From assembly GCA_951406725.2 (NCBI GenBank), contig OX597817.1, forward strand, positions 106,702,001 to 106,766,000: a DNA stretch of 64,000 nucleotides. Reading direction: 5' to 3'. Below the pieces are notes generated by a model. That model was not told the origin of the DNA. It did no database searches and was given only the letters and a program-made list of their open reading frames with translations. Source of the DNA: Octopus vulgaris (taxonomy: Eukaryota). This document shows, in pieces, positions 1 through 9,432 of this stretch. Position numbers and translations under genes: made by a program. Within the stretch, counting starts at the first letter, position 1. Each line of letters begins with the position of its first letter.

Positions 1-277
1 ATTTAACATCAGAGTGGGCCTGTGATCAATTGCATTTCAGCTATAACCATACTGTACCTTTATCAGGCATTGTGTATATTGGACTATATTATCTAATGAG
101 TCCCTCCCTTTTCAAAATAGTATGGTGAAATTTGAGAGAGATTTGGCTGCTATTTCTAGCAAATGGAGTGATCCCTGTAAAGGCTCACTGTAGATTGTAA
201 ACCCATGATATATGCGCAATAAATAATAATCCGCTATCTCTCAAATATTTTATTAATTTCTGCAATTAACTTTAATG

Positions 278-362
278 TTGCCCAAGGTGCCACACAGTGG
301 GACTGAGCCCAGAAGCAGATGGTTAGGAAACCAACTTCTTACCACACAGTCACGCCTGTGCC
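278..362 (-). mobile_element. 5' fragment of tRNA-derived CORE-type SINE
   Basis: Minus strand reads GGCGTGACTGTGTGGTAAGAAG...GTGGCACCTTGGGCAA, the same head as the fuller copy at 9051-9432. Confidence 0.65.
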
Positions 363-624
363 TATATGTTCAACCTGTTTAAAACTCCCTCAGCAGATTA
401 GCTTACCATCTTTAAAAAGGAAATCACGTTTTTTATGCTAATTTTAATGCAAGTTGAACACAGTAGAGACTAGAAGCAATAATTAGTTAAAACTACCAAA
501 CTGAAAGCTTACCAGTCCAACAACTTGCTATACTATTGCCAAAAAATTTACAGATGATGTTTTTGTTTTAAGAGGTTTTTCAGGTTAGTTATTTACTAAT
601 CTCTTTTTCTGTTTTGTGTTTCAG

Positions 625-648
625 ATTGATCATCTTCTGGCCAAATGA
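625..648 (+). CDS. Probable terminal coding exon of an unidentified upstream gene (IDHLLAK* if phase 0; frame uncertain)
   Basis: Branch-point-like TACTAAT (594-600), long pyrimidine tract and TTTCAG acceptor ending at 624. All three frames stop within 28 nt. Followed by AT-rich UTR-like sequence with AATAAA near 1496. Confidence 0.45.
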   Translation: MDHLLAK

Positions 649-942
649 CTAGAACAGGATTACTCTTCACGAAAATTATTTACATAAGATGTCTGTTCAG
701 CAGTTGATCGGCATGATGCCATACATATGGATTAACGAAGCAACATATGAGAATATGTGATCCACATTTTACAAATCTTGCTATTTAGAGCAAACAAAAT
801 GCTGTACATGTTGTATAAAATCAGTGATTAAATAATATGTTGCCATTTGGTATGAAATGAAAAATACGGGATAAAGATTGTTGTACATTTTGGGAAATGC
901 CAGTATATATATATGTAATTATTTTTTTCCTGATTTAGTGTT

Positions 943-997
943 TGTGTGTGTGTGTTGAGAGAGAGAGAGAGTGAGAGAGAGAAGGAGAGTGTGTGAG
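943..997. repeat. (TG)n(GA)n compound microsatellite
   Basis: Directly visible. Confidence 0.9.
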
Positions 998-2066
998 TTG
1001 ACATTCACTTAAGGGACCCTGGCTATTTGTTTTATTTGTTATTTCAGTGCCTCTAGTTCTGAATTCAAATTTTCTTGCCTTACCTATCAAGATGAGGTAT
1101 AACTTATGTGTACTGCATTAATTCAATTGGCTACACTTGTATCTTTTGTTTAATCAATGGACATATACAAATGCACATATTCATGATACACACGTGTTAT
1201 ATATATATCTACTTATATATATATATATCTACTTTATATATATATATGTATATCTGTTGAACATATTTACCATGATTTACTATGGAAGAAAGCTTTTAGG
1301 AAATATAATTTATTCAAAGGATAACTTCATCTTGTTATGAGTATGTTTAAACAATATAAAATTCAGTAAACTGATGACCATTGGGGAAATATTATCTGTC
1401 CTAAATTGAGGAGTAATCTGAATTAAACAACTATTTTGTGAAACTTGCTTTGTTATTGTTATTGTTGTTTGTCTTTTTGTCTTTTTATCTTTTTAAATAA
1501 ACCACATGGTTTTAATTCTGTTTCTATAAATAATGTAGATCATTTATATTTATTTACAGCTACAATATCCTGTTCTTAAATTACAAATGAATTATTTCAG
1601 AAACAGTTGTAAATCTACATTGTGGCTGATACTTATTATTAGAGAGGTCTATTGTATTGTCTCAAAAACAAACTGTTTGAATGTTATGGGCATTTGTAAA
1701 AAGACTTCACAAAAAATCCCACTTCCATTGCTCGTGCACCCACATTCACATACCCCCTTTTACATACACACACATATATTTACACAGATTTGAAATGCTG
1801 TTTGATTTATTTTTTCAGCGTACTATTTTCATCATCCCACTACCAAGTATGACATCACCCCTTCCTTTCTCATTCATAAACACAAGAGTATTATTATTGT
1901 AGATTATCTTGGTAACCATGAGTGCAATGAAAAAATACAAAGCCCAGCAACACCACCGGATCATTCTACACATATGTGTAATTTTTTGTGCAATTCCACG
2001 CAGCTGTTTGACTGTGAATCCCAAGACAAGAAAGAATTGCCCTTGTCAAATTTATATGTATATATA

Positions 2067-2330
2067 TCATCATCATCATCATCATTTAACGTCCGTTTTC
2101 CATGCTAGCATGGGCTAGACAGTTCGACTGGGGTCTGGGAAGCCAAGGAGACTGCACCAGGCTCCAGTCTGATCTGGCAGTGTTTCTACAGCTGGATGCC
2201 CTTCCTAATGCCAACCACTCCGTGAGTGTAGTGGGTGCTTTTTTCGTGCCACCGGCATGGAAGCCAGTCAAGGCAGCACTGGCATTGGCCACGTACGGGT
2301 GGTGCTTTTTACGTGCCACCGGCACAGGTA
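2067..2330 (-). mobile_element. SINE or LINE tail with (GAT)n end (RTE-type 3' end). Related copies near 6612, 7651, 7780, 8761, 10610, 17710, 26336, 39810, 51420 and 59175
   Basis: Recurrent block (CAT)n-TTAACGTCCGTTTTCCATGCTAGCATGGG...CTGGATGCCCTTCCTAATGCCAACC, seen in both orientations across the window. Confidence 0.8.
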
Positions 2331-2499
2331 TCACAACTACAATTTCCATTTGATTTTTTTGATGTTGATGTACTCGACTCAAAGGTCTCCTCAAGCACAG
2401 CAAGTAACCCTACGATCCAAGGTAAGCACAGCAGGCCGTCCTGCGATCCAAGGTACTTTTTATGGGCTGGGGCTTCTATGTGAAGCTGGTGCAGGAAAC

Positions 2500-2705
2500 A
2501 GCCATGAACTCACATTATTTGTCAGGTCTTCGCAGTCACAGCATATCTCCAGAGGTCTCGGTCTTTTGTCATCGCCTCTGTGAGACCCAACGTTCGAAGG
2601 TCATGCTCGACCACCTCATCCCATGTCTTCCTCTACCCCAGATTCCTTCAACTGTTTGGGAGTGGTACTTCTTCAAACATCTCTCCTCATCCATCCGTTG
2701 TACAA
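2500..2705 (-). mobile_element. 3' fragment of RTE-like LINE ORF; similar pieces near 26530-26655 and 42960-43130
   Basis: Minus strand encodes a GRGRHGMRWS-like end of an RTE ORF, adjacent to the RTE-type tail. Confidence 0.5.
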
Positions 2706-2871
2706 GCCCATATATCATCATCATCATCGTCGTTTAACGTCCGTTCTCCATGCTAGCATGGGTTGGACTATATATATATATATATATATATAATCTTTTG
2801 TAGAAAATATAAATCTGGAGAAGAAGCATGCTATTAGATGCAGAGCAGTTTATATTTTAATGGGGAAGGCC

Positions 2872-2945
2872 AGTTTATGAGATTACCATGGGTTTCGTAT
2901 CCAAGAAGGGTTTAGCTTTATGGCGTATCGTCAGACGCCAAAACC
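2872..2945 (-). ncRNA. Type I hammerhead-ribozyme-like motif (family B) at PLE 3' end
   Basis: Minus: GGCGU-CUGACGA-[stem II CCAUAAAG/CUUCUUGG]-GAAA-CCCAUGG-UA-AUCUC. Stem I imperfect. Confidence 0.55.
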
Positions 2946-2951
2946 TGTTGC

Positions 2952-3390
2952 CTAAGACCTCTTCAAAAGTATGGAGGGGGAAGGCCTCACTACAAAGATA
3001 AACAATTGGGGATTATCTCCGGCTATGCCACCATCTTGCAGATTCCAAAACACGAGCAGGAATTTCCTGAAGTGTAAACATGGCCCGAAAGTCTCTGTTC
3101 TGGAGTTAAGGATGCTCTCTGAATCAAGCGAGTCTTTTAGGATTCTCGCATGTTCAGCTATGCATAACTTGCAACACTTCATCCCATTGTTGTAGGGACC
3201 AGGGTTTTCGAGGATTTTCCATGAGATCGAGTATGGGATCTCATTGTCTCTTAGTTGCCTGACATGACTGGCCAGCTATGTTACATATCTCTTTTACAGA
3301 ACTCTGAAGGAGGATTTATGGTTGGAAAGGCATTGAGAGAATTCCCAGTACATCCGATGTATTTCTGTGGGCATGTGTTGTTGGTGCTGG
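2952..3390 (-). pseudogene. Degenerate GIY-YIG endonuclease of a Penelope-like element
   Basis: Minus-strand translation with stops and frameshifts: KYIGCTGN...NHKSSFR...LASHVRQLRDNEIPYSISWKILENPGPYNNGMKCCKLCIAE...ILNSRTETFGPCLH. This matches the YIG and CxLCxxE-LNxRxE-CxH pattern of PLE endonucleases. Confidence 0.8.
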
Positions 3391-3581
3391 ACCTGTTGCT
3401 GCTGTTGTTGTTGTTAAGCAACAAGATGGGTAAGGGTGATTAGGCGATGGTCTAGGGCTTAGGAGCAGGAGACCCCAGACGTTGGAAAAAAAAAACATCA
3501 GTCATCTTATAGTCGAAGGCTCTTCATTGACACCCGACACCACTGGGAGTTGGTCCTCAAAGTCGCTGGAAATGGAGATTT

Positions 3582-4180
3582 TCAGGTCCAAATTCTTGAA
3601 TGGCCGTTGCCAGTGGTGCTCTTGTTGATGCTGGAGGTGGTGGTGGCATCAGTAATGTTATTGCCCTTACGTGTGTTGCCAGTGCAGTACCTGTTGTTGG
3701 AGCTGGGGCTTCTGGTGTTGGCAATGATGGCTTTGGTAATGTTATCACCACTGCTGGTTATGGAGAAGGCGCTGTTGTTGTTATTACTATTATTTTTGCA
3801 GTCTTTGCCAATGGTGGGGGAGCTGCTAGAGGTGTCATTAGCCGTGGTTGTGCTGGTATTTTTACTAGGACCACTGCTGCTGCTGTTGTTGCTGTTATAC
3901 CTGGTGATGGAATTAGACCTGTTGCTACTGCTATTATAGGGGCTGTCAGGTTTGCTAGTGTGGATGTTGTTAGGTCTGCACCTGTGGACATCAGGGAAGC
4001 TATTGGTAAGGCTGGTATTGATGATGATGCTACTGTTGTTGTTAGTGATGGTGTTGTTCGGGGTGCTTGTCAGTGCATCTAATGGTGTCCACTTCAGCGA
4101 TGGTGGCAGTGTTGTTGGCTCTGTTCTCATGTCTACGGCTGCTATTGTTTCTGATGGTACTGGCAGTGTTTACTAGTACT
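3582..4180 (-). other. Low-complexity Thr/Asn/Ser-rich linker in the PLE ORF, between RT and GIY-YIG
   Basis: 182-aa open frame (3582..4130) on the same strand as, and between, the RT thumb and endonuclease remnants. Confidence 0.55.
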
Positions 4181-4335
4181 TTGGTTTGATAGACGACCCT
4201 TTTGGTTTCACAGTGGCCTCCTACCAGGTAACTGTTGCGGTTCCTGCATGAACAACCTGCCTCTTCCTGTGGCTTAGGGGTGGTAACTAAGATGCTCTTA
4301 ATATTGAAGACACAGCTAAACGAGACCCAAATGTT

Positions 4336-4787
4336 GTGCCAACTAGTGAAATGCTTTTTTTAATTTAAGGAACAGTCTATCTATGTGCTAAGGGAGAAGG
4401 TGAGGGAAACCAAATTGTATTCCTGTGGTGATTCCTTCTGTGGCTGTTGGGTGGTGACATATAGGAAATGCTGTCCCTAAATCTGCTGGCAGCTAGGGCC
4501 TCATTATAGTATGGGGCCACTGTGTCAAAGGCCTCTTGGTTAGAGGAAAGACTCAAAATCCGTGCCAACTAGTGAAATGCTTTTTTTAATTTAAGGAACA
4601 GTCTACCTATGTGCTAAGGGAGAAGGTGAGGGAAACCAAATTGTATTCCTGTGGTGATTCCTTCTGTGGCTGTTGGGTGGTGACATATAGGAAATGCTGT
4701 CCCTAAATCTGCTGGCAGCTAGGGCCTCATTATAGTATGGGGCCACTGTGTCAAAGGCCTCTTGGTTAGAGGAAAGACTCAAAATCC
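4336..4787. repeat. Near-perfect 226-bp tandem duplication of the PLE RT thumb segment
   Basis: 4336-4561 and 4562-4787 match. The only difference I saw is GTCTATCTAT vs GTCTACCTAT. Confidence 0.9.
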
Positions 4788-5077
4788 TCTTACTAACACC
4801 CTTTACCAGGTTCTTGAACATGATGGGTGGGTGACAAGAGGCAGCGTTGATGTATGTTAGCCTCTCATTTGGTTTGCAGTAGGGCCTGTAAATACTGGAG
4901 CCTAAGTCGAATGTGACATCTAAGAAGTCTGCTGTTGTGAGGTTGGTCTATGGTGATCTTCAATCCCATGGAGGAAAGTGCACTGATTAAGTCTTTCCTA
5001 AGCCTGTCTAAGTGTATGGCCGCTTGCTCCCCTAGAGATGGCCAAGGTGTCATCTCTGTAGAGGCCAAAGAGGACAG
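4600..5077 (-). pseudogene. PLE reverse transcriptase C-terminal/thumb fragment, copy 1
   Basis: LDRLRKDLISALSSMGLKITI...YINAASCHPPIMFKNLVKGVSKRILSLSSNQEAFDTVAPYYNEAL...RNTIWF. Confidence 0.8.
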
Positions 5078-5090
5078 AGGTGAATTTGAA

Positions 5091-5165
5091 GTCTACAGCT
5101 GTTTCTGGGATATCCCAAGTAGCTGGTTAGCATATCCATGCACCAGGTATTCTGTCATCTGAGAC
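5091..5165 (-). ncRNA. Hammerhead-like motif (family A), core mutated (CAGAUGA)
   Basis: Minus: GUCU-CAGAUGA-...-GAAA-CAGCUG-UA-GAC; homologous to 7394-7469. Confidence 0.55.
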
Positions 5166-5412
5166 AAGGTATGAATATTTTAGATGGGGAAAATTTACAG
5201 TTTACAAGGAATAAAATAGAAGAATAAAGAGTAAAAGTAGTTAGAAGAATATAGGCAGGAGAATAATTTTCACAACTCACCTTTTTCCAGAGGATTATTC
5301 TCCTGCCTATATTCTTCTAACTACTTTTACTCTTTATTCTTCTATTTTATTTTTCATAAACTGTGAATTTTATTCCTTGTAAACTGTAAATTTTCCCTGT
5401 CTAAAATTCCTT

Positions 5413-5475
5413 GTCTCTGATCATGGAATACCCAGTACATGGATATGCTAACCAACCCAGAAACAGCTGTAAGAC
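5413..5475 (+). ncRNA. Hammerhead-like motif (family A), core mutated (CUGAUCA), stem II partly deleted
   Basis: GUCU-CUGAUCA-...-GAAA-CAGCUG-UA-AGAC. Confidence 0.55.
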
Positions 5476-5519
5476 TTCAAATTCACCTTACCCTAATTAA
5501 ATTCAATATTGGGGGTACA

Positions 5520-6243
5520 GCAAAATGAGACCCTAACGTTGTGCCTATTGGAAATGGGCCTGTACCTATGGGAGCTAGTGAAATGCTTTTTTAATTTAAG
5601 TGTGTTATTGTGTTAAGAGAGAAGGTGAGGGGAAACCAAACTATTTCTTTGGCACTTCCTTCTATGACTGTTGGGTTGAGGCATATAGGAAATGCTGTTC
5701 CTAAATCCACTGGCAGCTAGAGCCTCGTTATAGTACAGGACTGTTGTGTTGAAGGCCTCTTGGTTAGAAGAAAGGCTTGAAATCCTCTTACTAAACACCC
5801 TTTACCAGGTTCTTGAACATAATGGGTGGGTGACAGGAGGCTGTGTTGATATATGTTAGCTTCTCATTTGGTTTGCTGTAAGTACCAAAGCCCAAACGTG
5901 ATGTCTAAGAAGCTGTTGTGAGGTTGGCCTCTATGGTGATCTTCAATCCCATGGAGGCAAGCGCACTAATTAAGTCTTTCCTAAGCCTGTCTAGTGTATG
6001 GCCACTTGCTCGCCTAGAGATAGCCAGGGTGTCATCACTGTAGAGGCTAAAGAGGACAGAGGGGGGCTTTTTCCTTAGGGTATCTAGGATATACAACCTG
6101 ATAAGGTTGCATATGTCAGCACTGTCACAGGTTCCCATCGCTATGTCAAAGGAGCCTATGGGGTTGGATTGCTTGACCCATGCCAAACCTTTGTTGAACA
6201 GCAGTCTTTCTGGCATGCATAATAATTTCTACATCTCTGTCAC
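5520..6243 (-). pseudogene. PLE reverse transcriptase fragment, copy 2 (5'-truncated)
   Basis: EIIMHARK..LLFNKGLAWVK..FDIAMGTCDSADICNL..LYSDDTLAI (YxDD motif)..KRISSLSSNQEAFN. Diverged paralogue of 4310-5077. Confidence 0.85.
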
Positions 6244-6514
6244 ATTATCATGCATGCCAGAAAGACTGCTGTCCAACAAAGGTTTGGCATGGGTCAAGTA
6301 ATCTGATCTCACAGGCTCCTTTGATGTAATAATGGAAGTGCTGACATATGTGACTTCATTGGGTTATATATATGCTAAATACCCTTAGGAAAAAGTTCCC
6401 CTCTGTCCTCTTTGACCTGTGCAGAGATAACACCCTGGCCATCTCTAGGGGAGCAAGCGGCCATACACTAGACAGGCTTAGGAAAGACTTAATCAGCATG
6501 CTTGCCTTCATAGG
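6244..6514 (+). pseudogene. Inverted duplicate of PLE RT segment 5948-6226
   Basis: Reverse complement of the left arm around a 17-nt spacer (6227-6243). The same peptide MPERLLxNKGLAWVK appears in ORFs on both strands. Confidence 0.85.
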
Positions 6515-6520
6515 TCAACA

Positions 6521-6594
6521 GGTTTTGGGGTCTGATGATACGCCATAAAGTTAAATCCTTTATGGATGGGAAACCCAGGGTAATCCCATAAACT
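6521..6594 (+). ncRNA. Type I hammerhead-ribozyme-like motif (family B)
   Basis: GGUUUUGGGGU-CUGAUGA(6532-6538)-stem II CCAUAAAG/CUUUAUGG-GAAA(6570-6573)-CCCAGGG-UA-AUCCCAUAAACU. Stem I pairs GGGGU/AUCCC. The base of stem II is non-canonical. Confidence 0.6.
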
Positions 6595-6611
6595 GGCCTT
6601 CCTCATTTATA

Positions 6612-6965
6612 TCATCATCATCATTTAACGTCCGCTTTCCATGCTAGCATGGGTTGGACGGTTCAACTGGGGTCTGGGGAGCCCGAAGGCTGCACCAGGC
6701 CAGTCAGATCTGGCAGTGTTTCTACAGCTGGATGCCCTTCCTAACGCCAACCACTCCGAGAGTGTAGTTGGTGATTTTATGTGCCACCGACACAGGTGCC
6801 AAACGAGGCTGGCGAACAGCCATGCTCGGATGGTGTTTTTTATGTGCCACCGACACAGGTGCCAGACGAGGCTGGCAGACGGCCACGCTTAGATGGTGTT
6901 TTTATGTGCCACCAACACAGGTGCCAGATGAGGCTGGCGAACGGCCACGATCGGATGGTGTTTGT
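6612..6965 (-). mobile_element. Young RTE-tail SINE with three internal ~61-bp tandem units
   Basis: Unit TTTTATGTGCCACCGACACAGGTGCCAGACGAGGCTGGCGAACGGCCACGATCGGATGGTG repeated 3x at about 6775-6965; CpGs retained. Confidence 0.8.
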
Positions 6966-7142
6966 TACGTGAAAAACTCCAAACTTACAGGGAAGTTTAT
7001 ATACTTATTATATATTGTTTATTCATTTTTGTACTTTTTGTGATCTAGTTATATGTTTTAAAATATATTTTATTTTTTATTTATGATTTGGTTTATGTCT
7101 ATCATTGTTTGAAAAGTGGTTTTTCTCTAATTTATATATATG

Positions 7143-7495
7143 AGAAAAATTTACAGTTTACAAGGGATAAAATTCACAGTTTATAAGAAATACAATAGAA
7201 AAATAAAGAGTAAAAATAGTTAGAATATAGGCAGGAGAATAATCCTCTGGGAAAAGGTGAGTTGTGAAAATTATTCTCCTGCCTATATTCTTCTAACTAC
7301 TTTTACTCTATTCTTCTATTTTATTCCTTTATAAACTGTGAATTTTATTCTTTGTAAACTGTAAATTTTCTACATCTAAAATATCCATATCTTGTCTCTG
7401 ATGACTGAATACCCAGTGCATGGATATGCTAACCAGCCACTTGGGTTATCCCAGAAACAGCTGTAAGACTTGAAATTCACCTTACCCTAATTAAT
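7143..7495. repeat. Second copy of the AT-rich palindromic element (left arm truncated)
   Basis: Arms 7143-7243 and 7270 onward are reverse complements. The 26-nt loop is the reverse complement of the loop at 5268-5293, with one substitution. Confidence 0.9.
7394..7469 (+). ncRNA. Type I hammerhead ribozyme (family A), intact core
   Basis: Stem I GUCU/AGAC; CUGAUGA 7398-7404; one extra C; long stem II (CCCAGUG/CACUUGGG); GAAA 7454-7457; palindromic stem III ACAGCUGU; GUA cleavage triplet ending 7465. Confidence 0.75.
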
Positions 7496-7539
7496 TTATT
7501 CTAAATGACTTGAGATACTAGTTCTGCCTTAGTTTTGAT

Positions 7540-7568
7540 TATATATATATATACACATATATATATAC

Positions 7569-7631
<63 letters not shown>

Positions 7632-7650
7632 TACACACTTATGTGTGTGT
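7540..7650. repeat. (TA)n/(CA)n microsatellite
   Basis: Directly visible. Confidence 0.9.
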
Positions 7651-9050
7651 ATCATCATCATCCTTTAACGTCATTTTCCATGCTGGCAAGCCAGAGAGCT
7701 GTACTAGGTTCCAGGCTGATATGGCTTGGTTTCTACATCTGCCACATAAAAAGTATTGATGTGGGTGCTAGTGTCACATAAAAATTACTGCTGATGCTGC
7801 CATGTGAAAACACCCAGTAAACTCTGGAAAATAGTTGGCATTAGGAAGGGCATCCATCTGTAGAAACCAAGCCAAAACGGACTATGGAACCTGGTGTAGC
7901 CCTTGACCTTGCCAGTTCTTGTCAAGCCGTCTAACTCATGCCAGCATGGAAAACAGATATCAAATGTCGATGATAATATTAACTAAGTTACAAAACCATG
8001 TGAACAGTCCAGTTTTCAATGCATGGCTGCTCTTAGTTAAATGTTTGCCATTTCTACCCTTTTCTTGCATAGAAAATAGCCACTTTTCTAATGTGAATGG
8101 GTCTTGGGGACTTTTTCATTCAATACATAATATTAGCCATGTCCAACTGCACGCAATCAAAGTTTCCCATTTCAGACTTCTTTAGATACAATATTCTAGT
8201 TCTTTGATCTAACAGATTCTGACTACTGGTGACTATGCCTAAAATATAAATGGCCATCATAACTTCATATTCTAAATTATCTGACTTAAAATATTTAGAT
8301 GACAATGAATTAGAAAATGTGCCTCTAAGAAAATAAAAAGTAACCCGTGAAAAATGAAATGAAAATTAAATACTTTATACATATCTACTAACTATTCTAA
8401 CCACATAATGTGATTATTGAATATATGTTTAAAATATTTATTTTGTTTGAAAAATAACTGCAATTAACAGTATCAATTGTTGAACAAGACCAAAATTTAC
8501 TTAATCATATGAGAAATGAAGGATGAATATGGAAAATTGTGTGAAAGCTACATCTTGCTAAAATGATATCATGTCAGGCAACTGAGAGAAGGGTTCATGG
8601 TTTGAATCCTATTGTTGGCACTTCATTTTATCCATGACCAAGATGTTAAGTACTCACGAGATCAGTCCACTTAGCTATAGGTAGTTACTAATGTAAACAT
8701 AACTTGCTACTACTGTAAAAAGTGGATATTGTATAATTGATGAGTAGGATAAATCCCAGTGATCATCATCATCAGTTAACATCCATTTTCCATGCTGGTA
8801 TGGACGGTGGGGGGCTTGACTGGAGCTGGTAAGGCCAGGGACCACACCAGGCTCCATTGTCTGTTCTAGCATGGTTTCTACAGCTAGATGCCCTTCCTAA
8901 TGCCAACCACTCCATAGTGTACTGGGTGCTTTTTTATGTGGTACCAGCACTGGTATCAATTCTGACATGATGGATGGGCTTTGAGTACAGCAGTGTGCCA
9001 GATATCTTGGTCCTTCTAAAGATTTGAGTAAAGGGAAATATAAATCCTAT

Positions 9051-9432
9051 ACTCTTTACTCTTTTTCTTGTTTCAGTCATTTGACTGTGGCCATGCTGGA
9101 GCACTGCCTTTTAATCGAGCAAATCGACCCCAGGACTTATTCTTTGTAAGCCTAGTACTTATTCTATCGGTCTCTTTTGCTGAACCGCTAAGTTACAGGG
9201 ACATAAACACACTAGCATCAGTTGTCAAGTGATGTTGGGTGGATAAACACACACACAAACATACATATATACGACGGGCTCCAGTTTCCGTCTACCAAAT
9301 CCACTCACAAGGCTTTGGTCGACCCGAGGCTATAGTAGAAGATACTTGCCCAAGGTGCCACACAGTGGGGCTCAACCCGGAACCATGTGGTTCGTAAGCA
9401 AGCTACTTACCACACAGCCACTCCTATGCCTA
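9051..9432 (-). mobile_element. tRNA-derived CORE-type SINE. Other copies at ~22645-23040 (-), ~30755-31110 (+), ~52455-52875 (+)
   Basis: Minus head GGAGTGGCTGTGTGGTAAG (A-box-like) and GGTTGAGCCCC (B-box-like); CORE-like GTGGCACCTTGGGCAAGT; (TG)n spacer; tail ...GACTGAAACAAG(TAAAGAG)n. Confidence 0.8.

Larger units (their letters stand above)
2859..6607. mobile_element. Composite, rearranged Penelope-like retroelement (PLE) cluster bounded by inverted copies of the element's 3' end
   Basis: Left end AATGGGGAAGGCCAGTTTATGAGATTACC is the reverse complement of the right end GGTAATCCCATAAACTGGCCTTCCTCATT, with a few mismatches. Interior carries PLE RT and GIY-YIG remnants. Confidence 0.8.

Noticed and set aside
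3550-4176. Several overlapping ORFs (Leu/Val- or Gly/Ala-rich) resembling membrane proteins
   Set aside because: Antisense or alternative frames of the low-complexity PLE linker; no independent gene signals.
9330-9432. tRNA-like sequence with A/B boxes
   Set aside because: SINE head repeated many times; no complete cloverleaf.
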